Numbered from the whole stretch's first letter, positions 10,641-24,590 are shown. The stretch: 63,616 nucleotides of DNA, filler included, from Basidiobolus ranarum (GCA_040143965.1; 8 parts of 8 records of this genome joined end to end with filler, not necessarily neighbours in it), one strand, 5' to 3'. Notes: generated by a model not told the origin, from the letters alone. Translations and numbers: made by a program.

Positions 10641-13326
10641 CTATCGTTATGTATGGGTATCAGCTTTATTCTATATTGCTTTATTTTGTGCTTGAATCAG
10701 TTGCAACAAGCTTGTAATTCTTTTCGTTACATCCTAATGAGATTAACTCTTCCGACTTTTATACATTACTGTCTTTATATTATATTTCTTGGGAACTCGT
10801 TTTCTCTATGTTAACAAATCATTCGATCAAGCATATAACATGCCAGAAGTTGGCATATTTAAATACTTTTCGACAATCATTGACAAGTATCTCAAAGTGG
10901 AAAACAGAGTAATTAGGGATAGTATTGTGCCTTCAGAAGTAAAGATTATTGATACCGAAATGAGAACCCTAGGGAGAACAAATACACCAAAAATGTACAC
11001 ACTGTACGTAAGTGATTCTAAAATTGAAGATCTCTCAACTCTGAACTTAGTAGATAGGAGTTTATTATTACATAATAAATCTTAAAGATTGTTGGAGTCT
11101 TTGAGGATTCAAATAAGCCGTTATTACAAGTCACCAACCATTCAAGCTACCATAGTACATCAGAGTTTATTAACACTCGTATCTATGTAAATGATCTTTT
11201 CAACTCTTGTTTGGTTATCACGGTGGCGTACATTTCTCGAGAACGCCTAGAGCTATAGGTCCTTTCAACATTCAGAAAACGCAACTGTCATCACAATATC
11301 CAGTAGACTAATTACAAGGTCAGCAGATCCATCTCACTTACTAATCCCCGCTCAGTGGCTTCATAAAATTCAATCACCCAAGAGACGGATACGAAGTTTA
11401 CGCTTTTGTGATGACAGGCGTCTAGTATAGTCACCAAATGATAAATTTTTGTTCCAAAGCATGTGCTATGTAGGCGCGCTAATGATGAAAACTATCTCCA
11501 GTAGATGTATACTCCGAAAGGCTTAAGGTTCATGGCTAGTTCAGATATAAAGCTGACTAGCTAATGAATCTTAAGATGTAATTGTTTGGGAATAGCAAAT
11601 GACTGCATCTTTAATGTTGAAGTTGAGGTTTTGTATGTGGTCGCAGTGAAAAGCTTTTTGGGACCAGCAAAATTCTACTATCGCTTCATTATAGTAACCC
11701 CCTCTACGGGCTGACCCGGAAAGACACCCCATCCACTGCGACCAGACCTCAAGCCGAAGCCTTCTTAGCATTACAGACTTAACGGCCACAGAAGTATTGG
11801 CCAAATTCAATCCGATAGTCGTGAATTTGATGCTATTTTGCATCAATCTTGGAATCATGGCGCTATGATGTAATAATTAGATTGGTTTCAGATTTATAAA
11901 GTAGCTGAAGAATGAGGCCTATTTAGGACAATTCATGCTAATGCAAGTTTTCAATACATTTCTATTTACTGGCATAGAGAAATCTAAGAATTAGTAAGAG
12001 ATTCTATATATTCCAAAGATACTTGACTCAATTTCATACCTGTATTCTTAAACTTTTGGGAGCAGCAAGAATTATTTCGCATTCGGTTCAACCAAATATG
12101 TATGTTTTTTATTTCAGTTTTCTAGAGTCAAACTCTCGTTAAGGCAAGAAAGTACTTAAGAAAGGGATGACAATGGTTCTACGTTTAAGTGCAGCAATAG
12201 GGCTCCATTGACCATACATCATGTCTCTATCAATGAAATTCCAAAAGTTGAGTTGCACATTGTTTCATAAACAGAAATGGATTATATGCTTTACAATCGT
12301 TGGATTTTCATAGCTATATAGATAGAAGACTTACTGGAGTGAGCACGGCAATACAGAGATAAGAATCTGGATTAAGCTTTATGCGAGTAGGATTATTGAA
12401 TTTAAGCTTAATTTTGCAGTACTCCCTGATTTTCATACCAATTCGTTCGGAAATATGCAAGAAGACGTTACACGATGGGAGCCTACATCTCAAAAAGGGA
12501 TGCAAAGGAAAATCTCTAGGCTCTTTGACGAATGACTTCAATAGATATTGTATGTTCTCCGTTTTTAAACTATTTTCCGAAACTCCGTGGTTTCTTTCAG
12601 CGGCAGAAAAATTACTTAACAAGGACCTTCCATCTAGGCTTCGATTAGCTCCACAAATAACTATCAGGTAATTCCTTATTCTTGCTCTCCAACCATACGA
12701 TTGATTTAATTATTACCTATGACTTTTCCATCTCTTGTGTTTATCATTGAGGATCTTCCATAAACACCTGTAATGTTCTCCTTGCGGCATATCATAATTT
12801 AATTCAGGCACATTATCTTTAAGACTCCAAAGTATTGTTTCACAGGTATCTACGATTCTTCGGCTGATAGAAATTAATGATAATTCGGTGCCACCTCAAT
12901 CAGTGTTTTCGCCAAATTGGTTCAACAGAGAATATTCCGTTGAGATATAGAGTGTTTAGTGGCATAGAGGGCGAATTGCTATTATATGGGAAACTCTCTC
13001 CTGGGATGTTGAACTTCGTACAAGCGATACGACAGGAAGCATTTGACTCCGCTAATTAACTGCCTATGTGATCATTTTAGTTGTTCTAATTGATAATGAA
13101 GTTCCATTTTCTAATGGAACATTGGAGATATTTAATGTATTACAACGGATTGGGTACTGTGTCGTTGTCTGTACATGAATGAATTGGTGTAGGTTTGTCA
13201 AGATGAATATGTAATAAACTAGTAGTGTATAGCACAACCAATCCCGTCTTACGTGATTTACGTGATGAAAAACTGTATATATAGCGGATCGACCACTTAC
13301 TTTCGAACATCAGTTATTCTACTACG

Positions 13327-14004
13327 ATGTTTACCTCTAAATTTCTCTTGATGGCCTTCCTGGTGATCGCCACAGGCCAATTTGTACTTGCTCATATGGA
13401 GATGAAGTATCCTTACCCTAGGCATTCGCAATTTAGCCCGTACTACAGGAAAAATAAGCCGGATTGGGATCTTACTTCTCCTCTTGGTTTGAAGAGACGC
13501 TATGGAGGTACTCGTACCTATCCATGCCATGGCTGGCCCAAGGGCCCCAACCAGTACGTAGCAACGGCTGGTCGCTCTATCCCTGTTGAAATTACTGGGC
13601 CTAACACTCACAAAGGTGGTCACTGTCAATTTGCCTTATCTTATGATAATGGCAAAAATTTTGTCGTGTTGAAAGATGTCTTCCATAAATGTCTTACCTC
13701 CAGTGGGAAGAAGTTCAGCATCAAGATTCCCTCCAATGCTCCACCCACTAAGCATGCCGTTTTTGCTTGGACTTGGATTAATGCCCAAGGCTATCGTGAA
13801 TACTATATGGGCTGCTCTGATATTGAAATCAAAGGTGGTAAAAAGGGCGGTACCGTGAAAGGCAAAGAGCTTCTTGTTGTCAATATCAAAGGTAAGAAGA
13901 CCGTGGGTGAATTCTATTACAAATGGAATGATGACGGTATGAGCCTGTTCAAGAAGCGTAAAACTCTTACAGTTAATGCTAATGGTTCCGTAAAGAAAAG
14001 CTAA
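13327..14004 (+). CDS. Secreted AA11-like lytic polysaccharide monooxygenase (chitin-active family), Lys-rich, no CBM
   Basis: Signal peptide ends VLA|H, giving an N-terminal His. Second His in THKGGHCQFALSYD. WTWINAQGYREYYMGCSDI carries the axial Tyr motif typical of AA11. Confidence 0.85.
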   Translation: MFTSKFLLMAFLVIATGQFVLAHMEMKYPYPRHSQFSPYYRKNKPDWDLTSPLGLKRRYGGTRTYPCHGWPKGPNQYVATAGRSIPVEITGPNTHKGGHCQFALSYDNGKNFVVLKDVFHKCLTSSGKKFSIKIPSNAPPTKHAVFAWTWINAQGYREYYMGCSDIEIKGGKKGGTVKGKELLVVNIKGKKTVGEFYYKWNDDGMSLFKKRKTLTVNANGSVKKS

Positions 14005-14693
14005 ATTCTAACGAGATATTCTTTACCGTCTATTGGCAATTAGTCAGATTATTATATTTCCCATTGAAATAAATACTCCTTGATTCTTATCCACTCGTGA
14101 GAGTTTTATTCCTTCAATAGTATCTGTATATACACAGATTTCACTCCTGGTCAAATTCGCGTAAGTGCTATTTAATCGGCATTCTACACCTTGCTTCATC
14201 TTCAACGTTTAGTTTGTGAGTTCTTCAGGTTTTTTTACCATTGAAGTGTGAATGAAGATTATCGTTGTCATGGGGTTAATCAGCTATATAATATAATATG
14301 AAATCCTATATATCATATAGTATATCTCATGAACCATTAATACTTGCAAGTGCCATTCCCCTGCTACAACTAGCTTATCGACATTGCACGTGACATATGA
14401 TATACAAAGTGAAGATTAATATGCAATTGGAGTATTTGTATACCCCACTCAACATCAATTGATCAGATTCATTATTCTTCATACTTATTCTTTTCTTCAT
14501 ACCTACCACCTCTATAATTTCTAGTCAACAATAAGTGTGTTGGATAGAAAATTGATCAACCGAAGGCACCATATGTTTTATTAGACTCGTACCACCAGTA
14601 GCCTATATTACAGATACTGGGTAATTTGCAAACAAGAATTGGAGTGCTATTGAAAGATCAAATTGTCTTTCTCCATTGAAGCAGAGAATAGTA

Positions 14694-15023
14694 TGTTGAA
14701 ATTAGCATCGCCTAAACACCTATATTGTCATATATAGCTTAGTATTTAGTTATTCCATATTTCACTCAGATATCACGTACTATCTGAAATCGGAATCTAC
14801 TTAGAAGCTCGAAGATATATAGATTTTGAGAACTTGTGCTAAAAGTCCCAAACCTGGCACACAAGTTTCTGGGACCTTTCTTAATATATTCTGCACATTA
14901 TTTATTTACCTCTTGACAAAAATTATAAAAGGCAACTTTCTACTCAATAGATCAATGAGTGAAAATCATCAATTTTACTAGTTTTCCAAGCCACTTCCAA
15001 CAAACTCCCAAAATACTTTAATA
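14694..15023 (+). mobile_element. Solo LTR family A
   Basis: Starts TGTTGAAATTAGCATCGCCTAAAC. Ends ...AAATACTTTAATA, a mutated TTCAACA. Colinear with the other copies. Confidence 0.85.
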
Positions 15024-18000
15024 TTTACCACATTTATTTTTCATTCACATGATATAACACTTTAAAATGCAAGTTAGGAAAGCTGCTTACTGAGTTGTCT
15101 TTATATCTGCAAAGAATGTAACAATTAGCATAATTACCCTAAATTGATTATGCAGATTTTGATGATTTCCATAACTGACAATGATCATCTTAGACTGTAA
15201 ATGGAGATATAGGCAACAATGTAGAATTTTTTTGCAAAGAAAATATTGGCCTCAATATTGATTCAGATAATGCAGATATTGTCATACAAAAAATGCTTGC
15301 AAAAAGTGACTTTGTTATAGATTATAGTGTAAATATCCAAGGCTACCGATCTTAGAAATGTAGCGCGTAAGATAGTAGTAGCTCTTTGAGTATAATGTGC
15401 TATATCCAAAGGATCACTGGCAAGATAAGAGCCGAGGGTGTATTGAGAAAATAGGAATGTGCAGCAAAGATCTCCGTGGAACCAATATCTCCTTCCTACG
15501 TCATGGCAGAGATATACACCATTTGGTATTGGCATAATAGCTCCAATCTGAGATGCTATCATAAATTACTCCATGAATAAGTTCTAAAACGTAATGGCAT
15601 TTCGATATACTAACTAACAGATCGTTTAAAAAGTACATGAGGATCTTCACTATTGCATGACGTAATGGTTTAGGCAATAGATAGTGGGATGAGGGACGTT
15701 GACAGGGCCCTTTACTTAAATCAATGTTGATACCTAGTGTATTTAGTCCAAATAGCGTTTTATAAACTCCTCAATTCAAAAGTCCTACCTAATACTCTAC
15801 CTCTTGTGCGTAATTACTACAAGGATTGTTCCTATATCCGGACAAATATCGCACTTTCTTGATGGTAGGCTCCACAGAGACTTCTCTCAGTCATTCCCCN
15901 NNNNNNNNNNNNNNNNNNNNNNNNNNNNNNNNNNNNNNNNNNNTTAATTAATTAANNNNNNNNNNNNNNNNNNNNNNNNNNNNNNNNNNNNNNNNNNNNG
16001 AATTTGTTGGTAAATTAAATCTTAATTGAGTGTTGAAGTTGCCAGTGCAAAGGGTTAGATGTGAATAGATATTGGTGTGATGACATGACAAGAGAGAATC
16101 CGTTCGATATCTGTATACTAGAACGGATTCCTTAACTTGATCTCTTGTACCAGTTCAGAGGGTCGTTGATTAGCTGGTGCACCATCCGGCAGACCAACCG
16201 GCACCTTATTTCTGGACAGAATATATATTTGACTATGAGTTACACGCATTTACAACAAATATGGTGCTATGATTTCAGAACCTAACTAATAAAGCTACCA
16301 TCCACCCTTTTGGGTACTTCCGGTGGTACACTAACCAGTTCGAATTGAATCCATGAGGGTATTTACTCTCCATCCCTAGGTATTGGTGGAGAAACCAGTT
16401 TGATATCTCTAAATGACTCAGGTACCAAGTTGAATCCTAGGTCTAGAAGATTCTCTCGAGCAATTGCTTTGTGACCGTGACTTCTCTGCAGTTTCGGTTT
16501 GTAGTGAGCGAAGAAGCATCAGAGAAGGCATGGTTTACACTTTGGTGACATGGGAGTGAATTCGCAGGAGGGGGTTTACTCCACATCTTTACTGCGCACT
16601 TTATCTGTCTATTAGGTTAGTCAATTCCTTTATTGTTTCTTGAAATGGATTCAACAATACGGAAACAAATGCTTAAAGGTGTGTTTCACTCTTTCACTCT
16701 TTCACTCCATGGCTCGGCTCGTAGTAAGATCCGAAGAGAAAAATTCAAAGACTGGCAAATGTCGGTGCGCATAAACTGTCGTGAGAACAAGGTGTATCGG
16801 TTAGTTGATTGGACATGCACTCTTTTAAAGATCTCTTATGGGGCTAACGTGGGGCTGCTATTAGCTTCGCAATGCATAGCACCCAAAAAGTACTTCGAGT
16901 GGTTTTCATCGGAAATAGCAAGAAGTCCGGATCAGTCAGAACGAGGGCAACTTACACTTTAGAATCATTGAATTATATTCAGGAAAAATAGGCGGAATGA
17001 CCCATTTTTTCCGAAACTCTCCGTGAAGTCCAAATAAATATTGATAAAATTGCGCAGTATCTTTGAACAACATGCACTAACCAACATTTCTTTCCTTTCC
17101 AATCGAATTGGTATGTGCTACCCGCTTTCATTTTCCTATGAACACATAGAAGACCTTTGACTCGCGGCCATCAACTCTGATCAACAATCCTCAAAGCCAA
17201 TGGCCGAGGTTGATTACTAGATCCTCCGGCGTTATGACACCCCTTCACAAATCAGCAGCATTGTTGATGAGATCGTGATCCTGACCAATAGCTCCGGTTT
17301 TTACGATGATCTCCGCATGGAATTTTGATCAAGTAAGGATTTGGGTAAACCGCATTGATCTACGATCTGGGGAAATATATGGTTGATTTAATGCCCCGCT
17401 CTATATAATATGTATATGCAGACCAATCATTGCGCGATGTCTCGAAAAAAGAAAAATGGAAGTTTAAGTAATTGAGGCAGCATTGTAAATCCAGTGTAGT
17501 AGAACCTGAAGAGTCGGCAGGACAGACTTACATATATATATATGTTGAGTGCTATCCAACACCACTTGCCGACACTCATCTGGAAGAGATGGAAATCATC
17601 GATAACTGAGATGCTATTTAACTATATCCATATATTTCCCCAATATATCGAAAATATCTTCCCATTTTTATCTCGTGTAAATGAGGGGATATCAAAAAGC
17701 CACTGAATTCTCCAATTATATGCTTATACTAGCAAGCCAATGAAAATATCCAATTGCCGGATCGAATAGGGTCGTTTAAATTCTTGGCCACCTGTATTTC
17801 GCATTTCCCAATTGGGATTCCTGTCTATTCTTGATGAAACCTACTTATCCTAACAAAGAGTGACAGCATAAATAGTGGAGGCCTGGCACAACGGTCTGTT
17901 CGGATATCTTCTATTTCTTGCCTTTTTGACTGACGTTTCAGCTTCGTTACTTTATATAATTGGACTTGTAAAGTGCAACAGGATTGCACATCAATCAATT

Positions 18001-18040
18001 TTCGAATATTTCTTCTATTGCATGCGATTTATTTTTGTCA

Positions 18041-20487
18041 ATGCCCGAGCTTGCGTTTGAAAGTTTTCCCCAACTTTTCGAGGCTGGTCAACTTCCAAAC
18101 GTCAACAGTTTAAAGGCCAACTCTGAAGAAGACCAGGATATACTTTTTGCTGCCATCTTGAGGGCAATAGTCTTATTGGGTAACAATCCTTGCTCCTCCC
18201 AAGAAATAGCCAATTGTATAGTGAGATACAAACTAGCAGTGTTTGGGTAAGCATTCTTCTTGAACTTACGCTTAACGTAGCCTTCTTGTGTTGTTTGATT
18301 TTTCTTCATTAAATATCCCAATGGTCCGTTCTAATCCTGATATGTCTCTATAGTGGATCAAGTCCGTATGTCGCCGTTTCTAACCGTATAGCTCAATATT
18401 TCAAGTGCGCGTCTGAACTTCAATCCCCCGCACTCATGCTTCTAGCCAGAGTAGAGGATCAAACAAGCCCAGCCAACATCAGGTATTATTTGCCGTGTTG
18501 CAATGATCCTCAGCCCTTTGCGGACGTGTATGACTCTTTCGATGACGCCACAAAGAAGAGAAGACCATCGCCAGTAGTGGATCAACCCATGAAGAAGGTC
18601 AAATCCGACGCGTTTAATGAGGTTGATCTGTTGTCACCTTTACCATTTGATGATAGTTGGGTTGCTGGAATGAGTGGCTTCGATTTTGATACCATCATTC
18701 CCGTCGAATACGAAAGGTCAAGCTCCGGTTCCTCCTTTGAAGATTCTACTAACGATAGTGATTCAATTGACGAGCGTTCGGATGTAGATTCCAAGTCTGA
18801 TTTGGAATCGTTTGATAGCGAGAGTGAAGTTGAGCAAGGCGACTTTTGTGAAGACATGATGAATGGTAATATGTATTTTGATTTATTGACCAATACCATT
18901 GGTGCTACCGATTCCGACAATGTATTTTCTCCATTATCGGATCAAGAATTTCATTCCGATTCTTCCCACACCAGTACTGAGAGTGGTACTAGTTCCGCTT
19001 CACCATTGTTGACCCCCGAGCCATCATCTAGGAGAGGTTCCGAAATCATGGATACCATCACCTCCATTCACCCATCAATTTTTGGTGACGATTATGGCCA
19101 TCATTGGGAGAATTCGAGCTTTCAGAATGTTCAGGAAGTTAAATGCGACTCCATTGATGTGATGAATTTTGAAAGCTTACAGTTACCTGAATTGGATGAA
19201 CTTCTTGGCATAAATGAAATTCATCTCGATCAAGTGAATTCCACTGCACCTATCACTCCAGTTTCAATCAAATCTGCTGAACTTTACTCAGAGAATGTGT
19301 CGATTGACCAAGCTCAGAAAGATCCTGTTGATCCTTCAAATACTACTGGATGGTCACCGCTAAAGCCTCAAACGAATGTTATCGAAGCTAAAAGTGATGT
19401 GTATGCAAACCCTATTGATGAAGTCTCATCATTTCTGTATCTTGACGAGGACTTGGAGAAGGAAGTGCCGAATCCTACGCATGGAGTGAAGCCAGCATCA
19501 TACGATGGCCAAGGTTCAATGGCCTTGAAGGACTCTCAGAAAAATCCTGGTCCCGTCCTTCCCTGCACCAAAGTAAAGCCAAGAGCTCCAAAACAGAAGA
19601 GCAGAAGCTTCACTACCGCCGAGTCTAATCCTAACATGCTTATTTCCCCCATTTCCTCCATCTCTCCTCAAATCCATATCACCATGGTGGAGTCCCTGCC
19701 ATTCTACATTACCACTGTAGGCCCAGCCGAAGGTTTTGCAAACACATATCAATTACTTCGCCGCTACGATTCGGGCTATGTCAACGCCTCCACATTACTT
19801 GCCATTGGTGGTGTAGAAAGCGAGAAAGAACAAGCTGTAGTATTGAGCCTGGAGATCAGAAGGATTCGCATTCGTCGCCAGGAAAGTTCACTCTTCGGCA
19901 CTTGGATTCCTTTGCAAAGAGCCCGTCAATTGGCTGCCACTTGCTCTCTTCAGCATAAACTTGGCCCTTTTCTTGATTATGATCTTCCCAGCTACTTTCC
20001 TTCCCAATTACCTCCTCACCTTGCCGCCTTTAATCCAGCTCAAGTTTCTTCCAGACTCCAACAGTTTATGAAGACCAGGGCTGCCAGCTTGAAGCCTCGT
20101 GATAGCTACGTAGCTAACATTGGAATAGCTCCTCGCTGTCTACATCCGACGAGCAAAAGCTTCTTCTCAGGTGTCGGTCATCAGTTAAATCAAATATTAG
20201 GACTGCAATCAAAACAATTGAAGAGCTACTCTGCTCTGGAAGATTCCAACAACTCACGTCGTCCTTCTAAAGCCAAGTCAAGCTCACAAGATCTCGATGA
20301 ATCCACCTCTATCGACGATATTAATCTTGAAGCAGATTATCTATTCGGAGAAAGCTCTGAAGTTGATAACGAGGAGTTTGAAACTGATCTCACCGACTTT
20401 CTTGATTTTGAGAACGTTGACCACTTCACCCAAGAAGATGTAGATATCAATATTAATGGGGGAGGTGCCCAAGTCAACTTCTTGTAA
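18041..20487 (+). CDS. Putative transcription regulator: N-terminal GDS1/HARE-HTH-like winged helix, long acidic region, C-terminal APSES/KilA-N domain
   Basis: Exon 1 18041-18246, intron 18247-18353 (GTAAGC...CTAAT...TAG), exon 2 18354-20487 in frame. N-terminus DILFAAILRAIVLLGNNPCSSQEIANCIVRYKLAVFGGSSPYVAVSNRIAQYF. KilA-N-like LLRRYDSGYVNASTLL...FGTWIPLQRARQLA. Confidence 0.8.
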
Positions 20488-21346
20488 ACATCCCTAATAC
20501 TCATTCCCACCCCCACTCCCATTCGCATTGATAATTGTTTATATAGCCTTTAATTTTAAAAAAAAGCCCCTCCTCTCACTTCCTAGTCACCTCGCATACA
20601 TTTCATGTTGACATAGGTTTGTTCCGCCCCTTCATTTGGTCATTGTTTTCGGTTAGGTCTCTTGATATATTGTTGTTGTTGTTATTGCTATTGTTGGTAC
20701 TATTTTGTCTGCTTGTGGTTGCAATTCGTTATTCTTTTCATTTTTGTGGCATTCTTTGGTTCGAGTTGTTTTTATATGTGTACATAGAGACCCCATCTTA
20801 CAAAGAGCATTTCCTCCGTTGCATCTTGATTGATTCCCTCCCACCCTCCTTTCATCGAATCAATTAAAACTATTCAAACATTATGAAGGTTGATTGAATT
20901 GTCGTCTAAATTCGATTGGTTTTTTGACTAAACTCATTTCCTTAGCTCTTGGTTTAATCAGGTTGTTAATCAAACATCGGTTACAATTGGGAAAATATTA
21001 TAGCACGTATAGGAATTCTACCTCGTTATGTCCACACCTAAAGATACACACAAGTGACGTAATTGGTGGATAAATTTCAAGGTGTTTATCATACCTTCCC
21101 CCAAACTCAGTCGATTATTATTCGCTACTATACATTACGCATAGGTGTGATATTTGTTCCTTCAACATCCGTTATTCAGGTAAACTATTCGTATTCTTAC
21201 GGTGGACACTTTTTTCGTTAGAGATATTTTACTCTGGGTACTTTACACTTTGTGTATTCAAAGAAACTCCCCTCTTACTCACGTGAAATACTGATCTCAA
21301 CTACCTTTTTATTTGCTTTACTTGGTTTTAGAAATAATATAATACT

Positions 21347-22473
21347 ATGGCGGAATTTAGTCAAGATCCTACTGCCGATTTTCTCGCTCGGGAGCGCGAA
21401 CTTTTGGGAGATGATGCAGGTTTTCTTACCGGTGATAGTGGTGATATGAAGTTTGATGATAGTAGCATGGATAAGTTCCCACCTTTGGATAACTTCTCTG
21501 CACCTGAAGATGTACCACTTCCTCAGTCTCAATCTCAGAGTAATTATACTTTGGATAAGTTCCCAGCTTTGGAAGGGTTCTCCAAGTCACAAGGTTCCAA
21601 TAACGGTAGCTCTGGTTTAGACAAGTTCCCCTCTTTTGACAGCTTCCCAGAACCAGAGAACATAGCACTACCTCAATCTCAATCTCAAACTCAACATAGT
21701 CAAGACCCTGACTTTGCTGCCTTCTCAAACGAGTTCCCTGCTTTAGATACTTCAGGACCAGTAAGTATATTTGACTCACTTGTTGTTCCCATTATAAGAT
21801 GCATCTATAATTTATCATCCGCTCATCTATCTATCTTTATAGGACTTTTTCACTAGCCCAAAGAATTCTAGTCCCGGTTATTCTTCTATGAAATCTCCAC
21901 AATCTACTTACAAGTCTCCAAACAATAGTAAAAGTACCTACAAACAACCTGAACCCGACTCTGAATTTATAAAGTACGTGGTAACTCTCCGAATAATTAC
22001 CTTCACTTCGAACCATGTTATTAATATTCGAATAATTCAATAGAGAATGGCGTGAGAAACAACATGCTGTTGTCTCCGAACGAGATGAAGCAGCAGAGGT
22101 GAAACATCTTGAAACTAAAGAAGAAGCACGTAAGGCTATCGATGATTTCTATGAGGATTATAATTCCAAGAAAGAACGTAACTTTGAACGTAATAGGTAA
22201 GACAAGATTTTAACCTTTCGAAATACACCACTCCCTTTAGAAAAAATATACTAAACTTTTATTTATTTATTTAGAGAAAATGGTGGTCTGGATGGACATG
22301 TTCAGGAATCAGGTTCCCCTTGGGAATTGGTCTGGCGTGAAATCGATGTCGCTAATTCTGGAAATCGTAATGTTAAATCTACTAGAGATACTTCTAGAAT
22401 GAAAGAACTTTTATTGGATTTGAGAAAAGATACACATGCACCTGGATCCTATATATCTAAAGAAGAAAATTAA
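21347..22473 (+). CDS. CLC1: Clathrin light chain (4 coding exons)
   Basis: DPTADFLARERELLGDDA, EPDSEFIKEWREKQ, ARKAIDDFYEDYN and C-terminal PWELV...DTSRMKELLLDLRKDTHAPG. Exons ~21347-21760, 21843-21973, 22044-22196 and 22274-22473. Probable 5'UTR intron at ~21180-21331. Confidence 0.92.
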
Positions 22474-23362
22474 ATCCTACTCGACATCTTCGAATTAGTA
22501 AAGCGTTGTTGAAATTGCTTCTCGTAGCATATTTCACTTCACCTCTCCCCCCCACTCCATTTTTATTCTTTTATCACACTTTTCATCTTAGTCTTCCATC
22601 CGTGTCCCTTTTAAAATATTAACTAAAGAAATGAATTTGGCTATGTTATTCTTGTATTTTCAAAGGATTGTATTCATTGCTATTAATATCAACATGTTCA
22701 AATCTATATCCTTTTGATTAGAACTAGAAATTTGGATATCTTTCTATTATTTTGATGGAAATGTAGATCACAATCTTAGGTAAAACCAGAGTATTCTTTA
22801 AATATGGATCTTAAAGACTCCCACTAACATGTCATTGAAAGCTATAGAATAGTCACCTATGTCTTCAATATAATTGTCGGTCTCTATTTTTTAATTTCCT
22901 ACCTTCGCTTCATGTCATTCTTTTCTCACTAATCTAGTTCATTCAATGGTGGATTAGTATAATGATTATATTTATTATAACAACTCTTAGGTCTAGTTCT
23001 CTTATCACATGTAACATACATTCAGCAAGAAACTCACATTAGTCTTTGTTTCATAAGCTGGTTTCATGGTGCATTTGAAGGTTTAGTGTCTCCCAGATAA
23101 TCCAGTATTTTTAAATGAACTAAACCATAAGTAGTAAATACATCCCCTTAAAAATCTGCAAAAACGAATGAAACAAAGTGGGAACTCAATTGGTACAGTT
23201 ACTGCTACTACTACTGCCACTGATACATATCATGTTTCAAGTCGATCTTTCCTTTTCTTATTTAAGTGAGTTCTATGCTGTTACTTGATGACTCACCAAA
23301 GTTCCTTCTCTTTTCCTCTTCCTTCTTATCCTACCTTACCTTACCTCCTGTAAGTCATCCAA

Positions 23363-23877
23363 ATGAAGTCCTCCGCTCTTAGATTGTTGGTTCTCACTGT
23401 ATCACTAACTATCTCATATGTGCATTCTCACGGATACGGAAAAGGAGGTGGTGGGTCTAGAGGTGGTCACGGGATGAGTAAGGGTGGATATGGAGGAGGG
23501 CATGGCAGCAAAGGAAGTCACGCGATGAGTAAAGGTGGATATGGAGGAGGCCGTGGTAGCAAGGGAGGTCACAGCAGTAAAGGAGGAGGGTATGGTGGTG
23601 CACAAAGTCATGGAGGAAAAGTAGGTCACGGTGCTAAACGAGGAGGATATGGTGGTATAAAAGGCCATGGTAGTAAAGGGATAAGCCACGGTGGAAAAGG
23701 AGGTCATCATAGTAAAGGAGGGCACGGTGGTAAACCAGGAAAGTATAGTGGTATAAAAGTCCATGGTGGAAAAGGAAGTCACGGGGCTATAGGAGGAGGG
23801 TATGGTGGTATAAAAGTCCATGGTGGAAAAGGAAGTCACGGGGCTATAGGAGGAGGGGATGGTGGTATAAAAGTCCA
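23363..23877 (+). CDS. Secreted Gly/His/Lys-rich repetitive protein (3' end lost in gap)
   Basis: Signal peptide MKSSALRLLVLTVSLTISYVHS, then GGYGG/HGGKG repeats, with near-exact 60-bp tandem units at ~23745-23877. Confidence 0.8.
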
Positions 23878-24590
23878 NNNNNNNNNNNNNNNNNNNNNNN
23901 NNNNNNNNNNNNNNNNNNNNNTTAATTAATTAANNNNNNNNNNNNNNNNNNNNNNNNNNNNNNNNNNNNNNNNNNNNCTTTAAGTAATCCAGAATTCAAA
24001 TTCCATGCCTTTAAGGGAGGTTGTCTGCAGCATGGCACCCCATGGCTACGTAGTGATTGAATGACGTGTATTCCGTAATAAATATCCCGTGAGAAATCAT
24101 CGACATCTTAGCAACTATCAAACTTATGCAATGTGTCAGTGGGTTGTCAGCCAAAGGGATCATCATCTACAGAATGATTAGAAACGATGTGTCACTGATC
24201 ATTGATGACCTGAACGATGATCCTCGCTCATCCACTGCTAGCTGTTTGTTATCTAAGCCAAGTAAAAACCCCCCATGTCTATCTGCATTCGTTGAGCAAT
24301 CAATCCATTTATCAAACTATTGCAAATTATAGTGGCTTGGGTTGATAGCAAAAAAGCCAGTTGGATCTTGGTTGGATCCTTTGGTCAGGTAATGCGAAAT
24401 CTATCTAAATAAGACTTGGATCTGAACACTTTGTTTCGTAGGTATTTAGGGAGCAATAGGAACTTTGCAAATCCTTGAAATATAAAAGCCCCATTCGTCG
24501 CCTAACGCTTTTCAAACTCGTATCTACTTAATACACTCCTGACCTCACCGTCATTGTCTTGGCTAATTTCTTGTTCAATAGGTTCTAAAG

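Noticed and set aside
10789-13059. Several short ORFs, including a GLVAVDGVSFRV ABC-like snippet near 11720-11750
   Set aside because: No extended similarity, flanked by stops; chance or unidentifiable relics.
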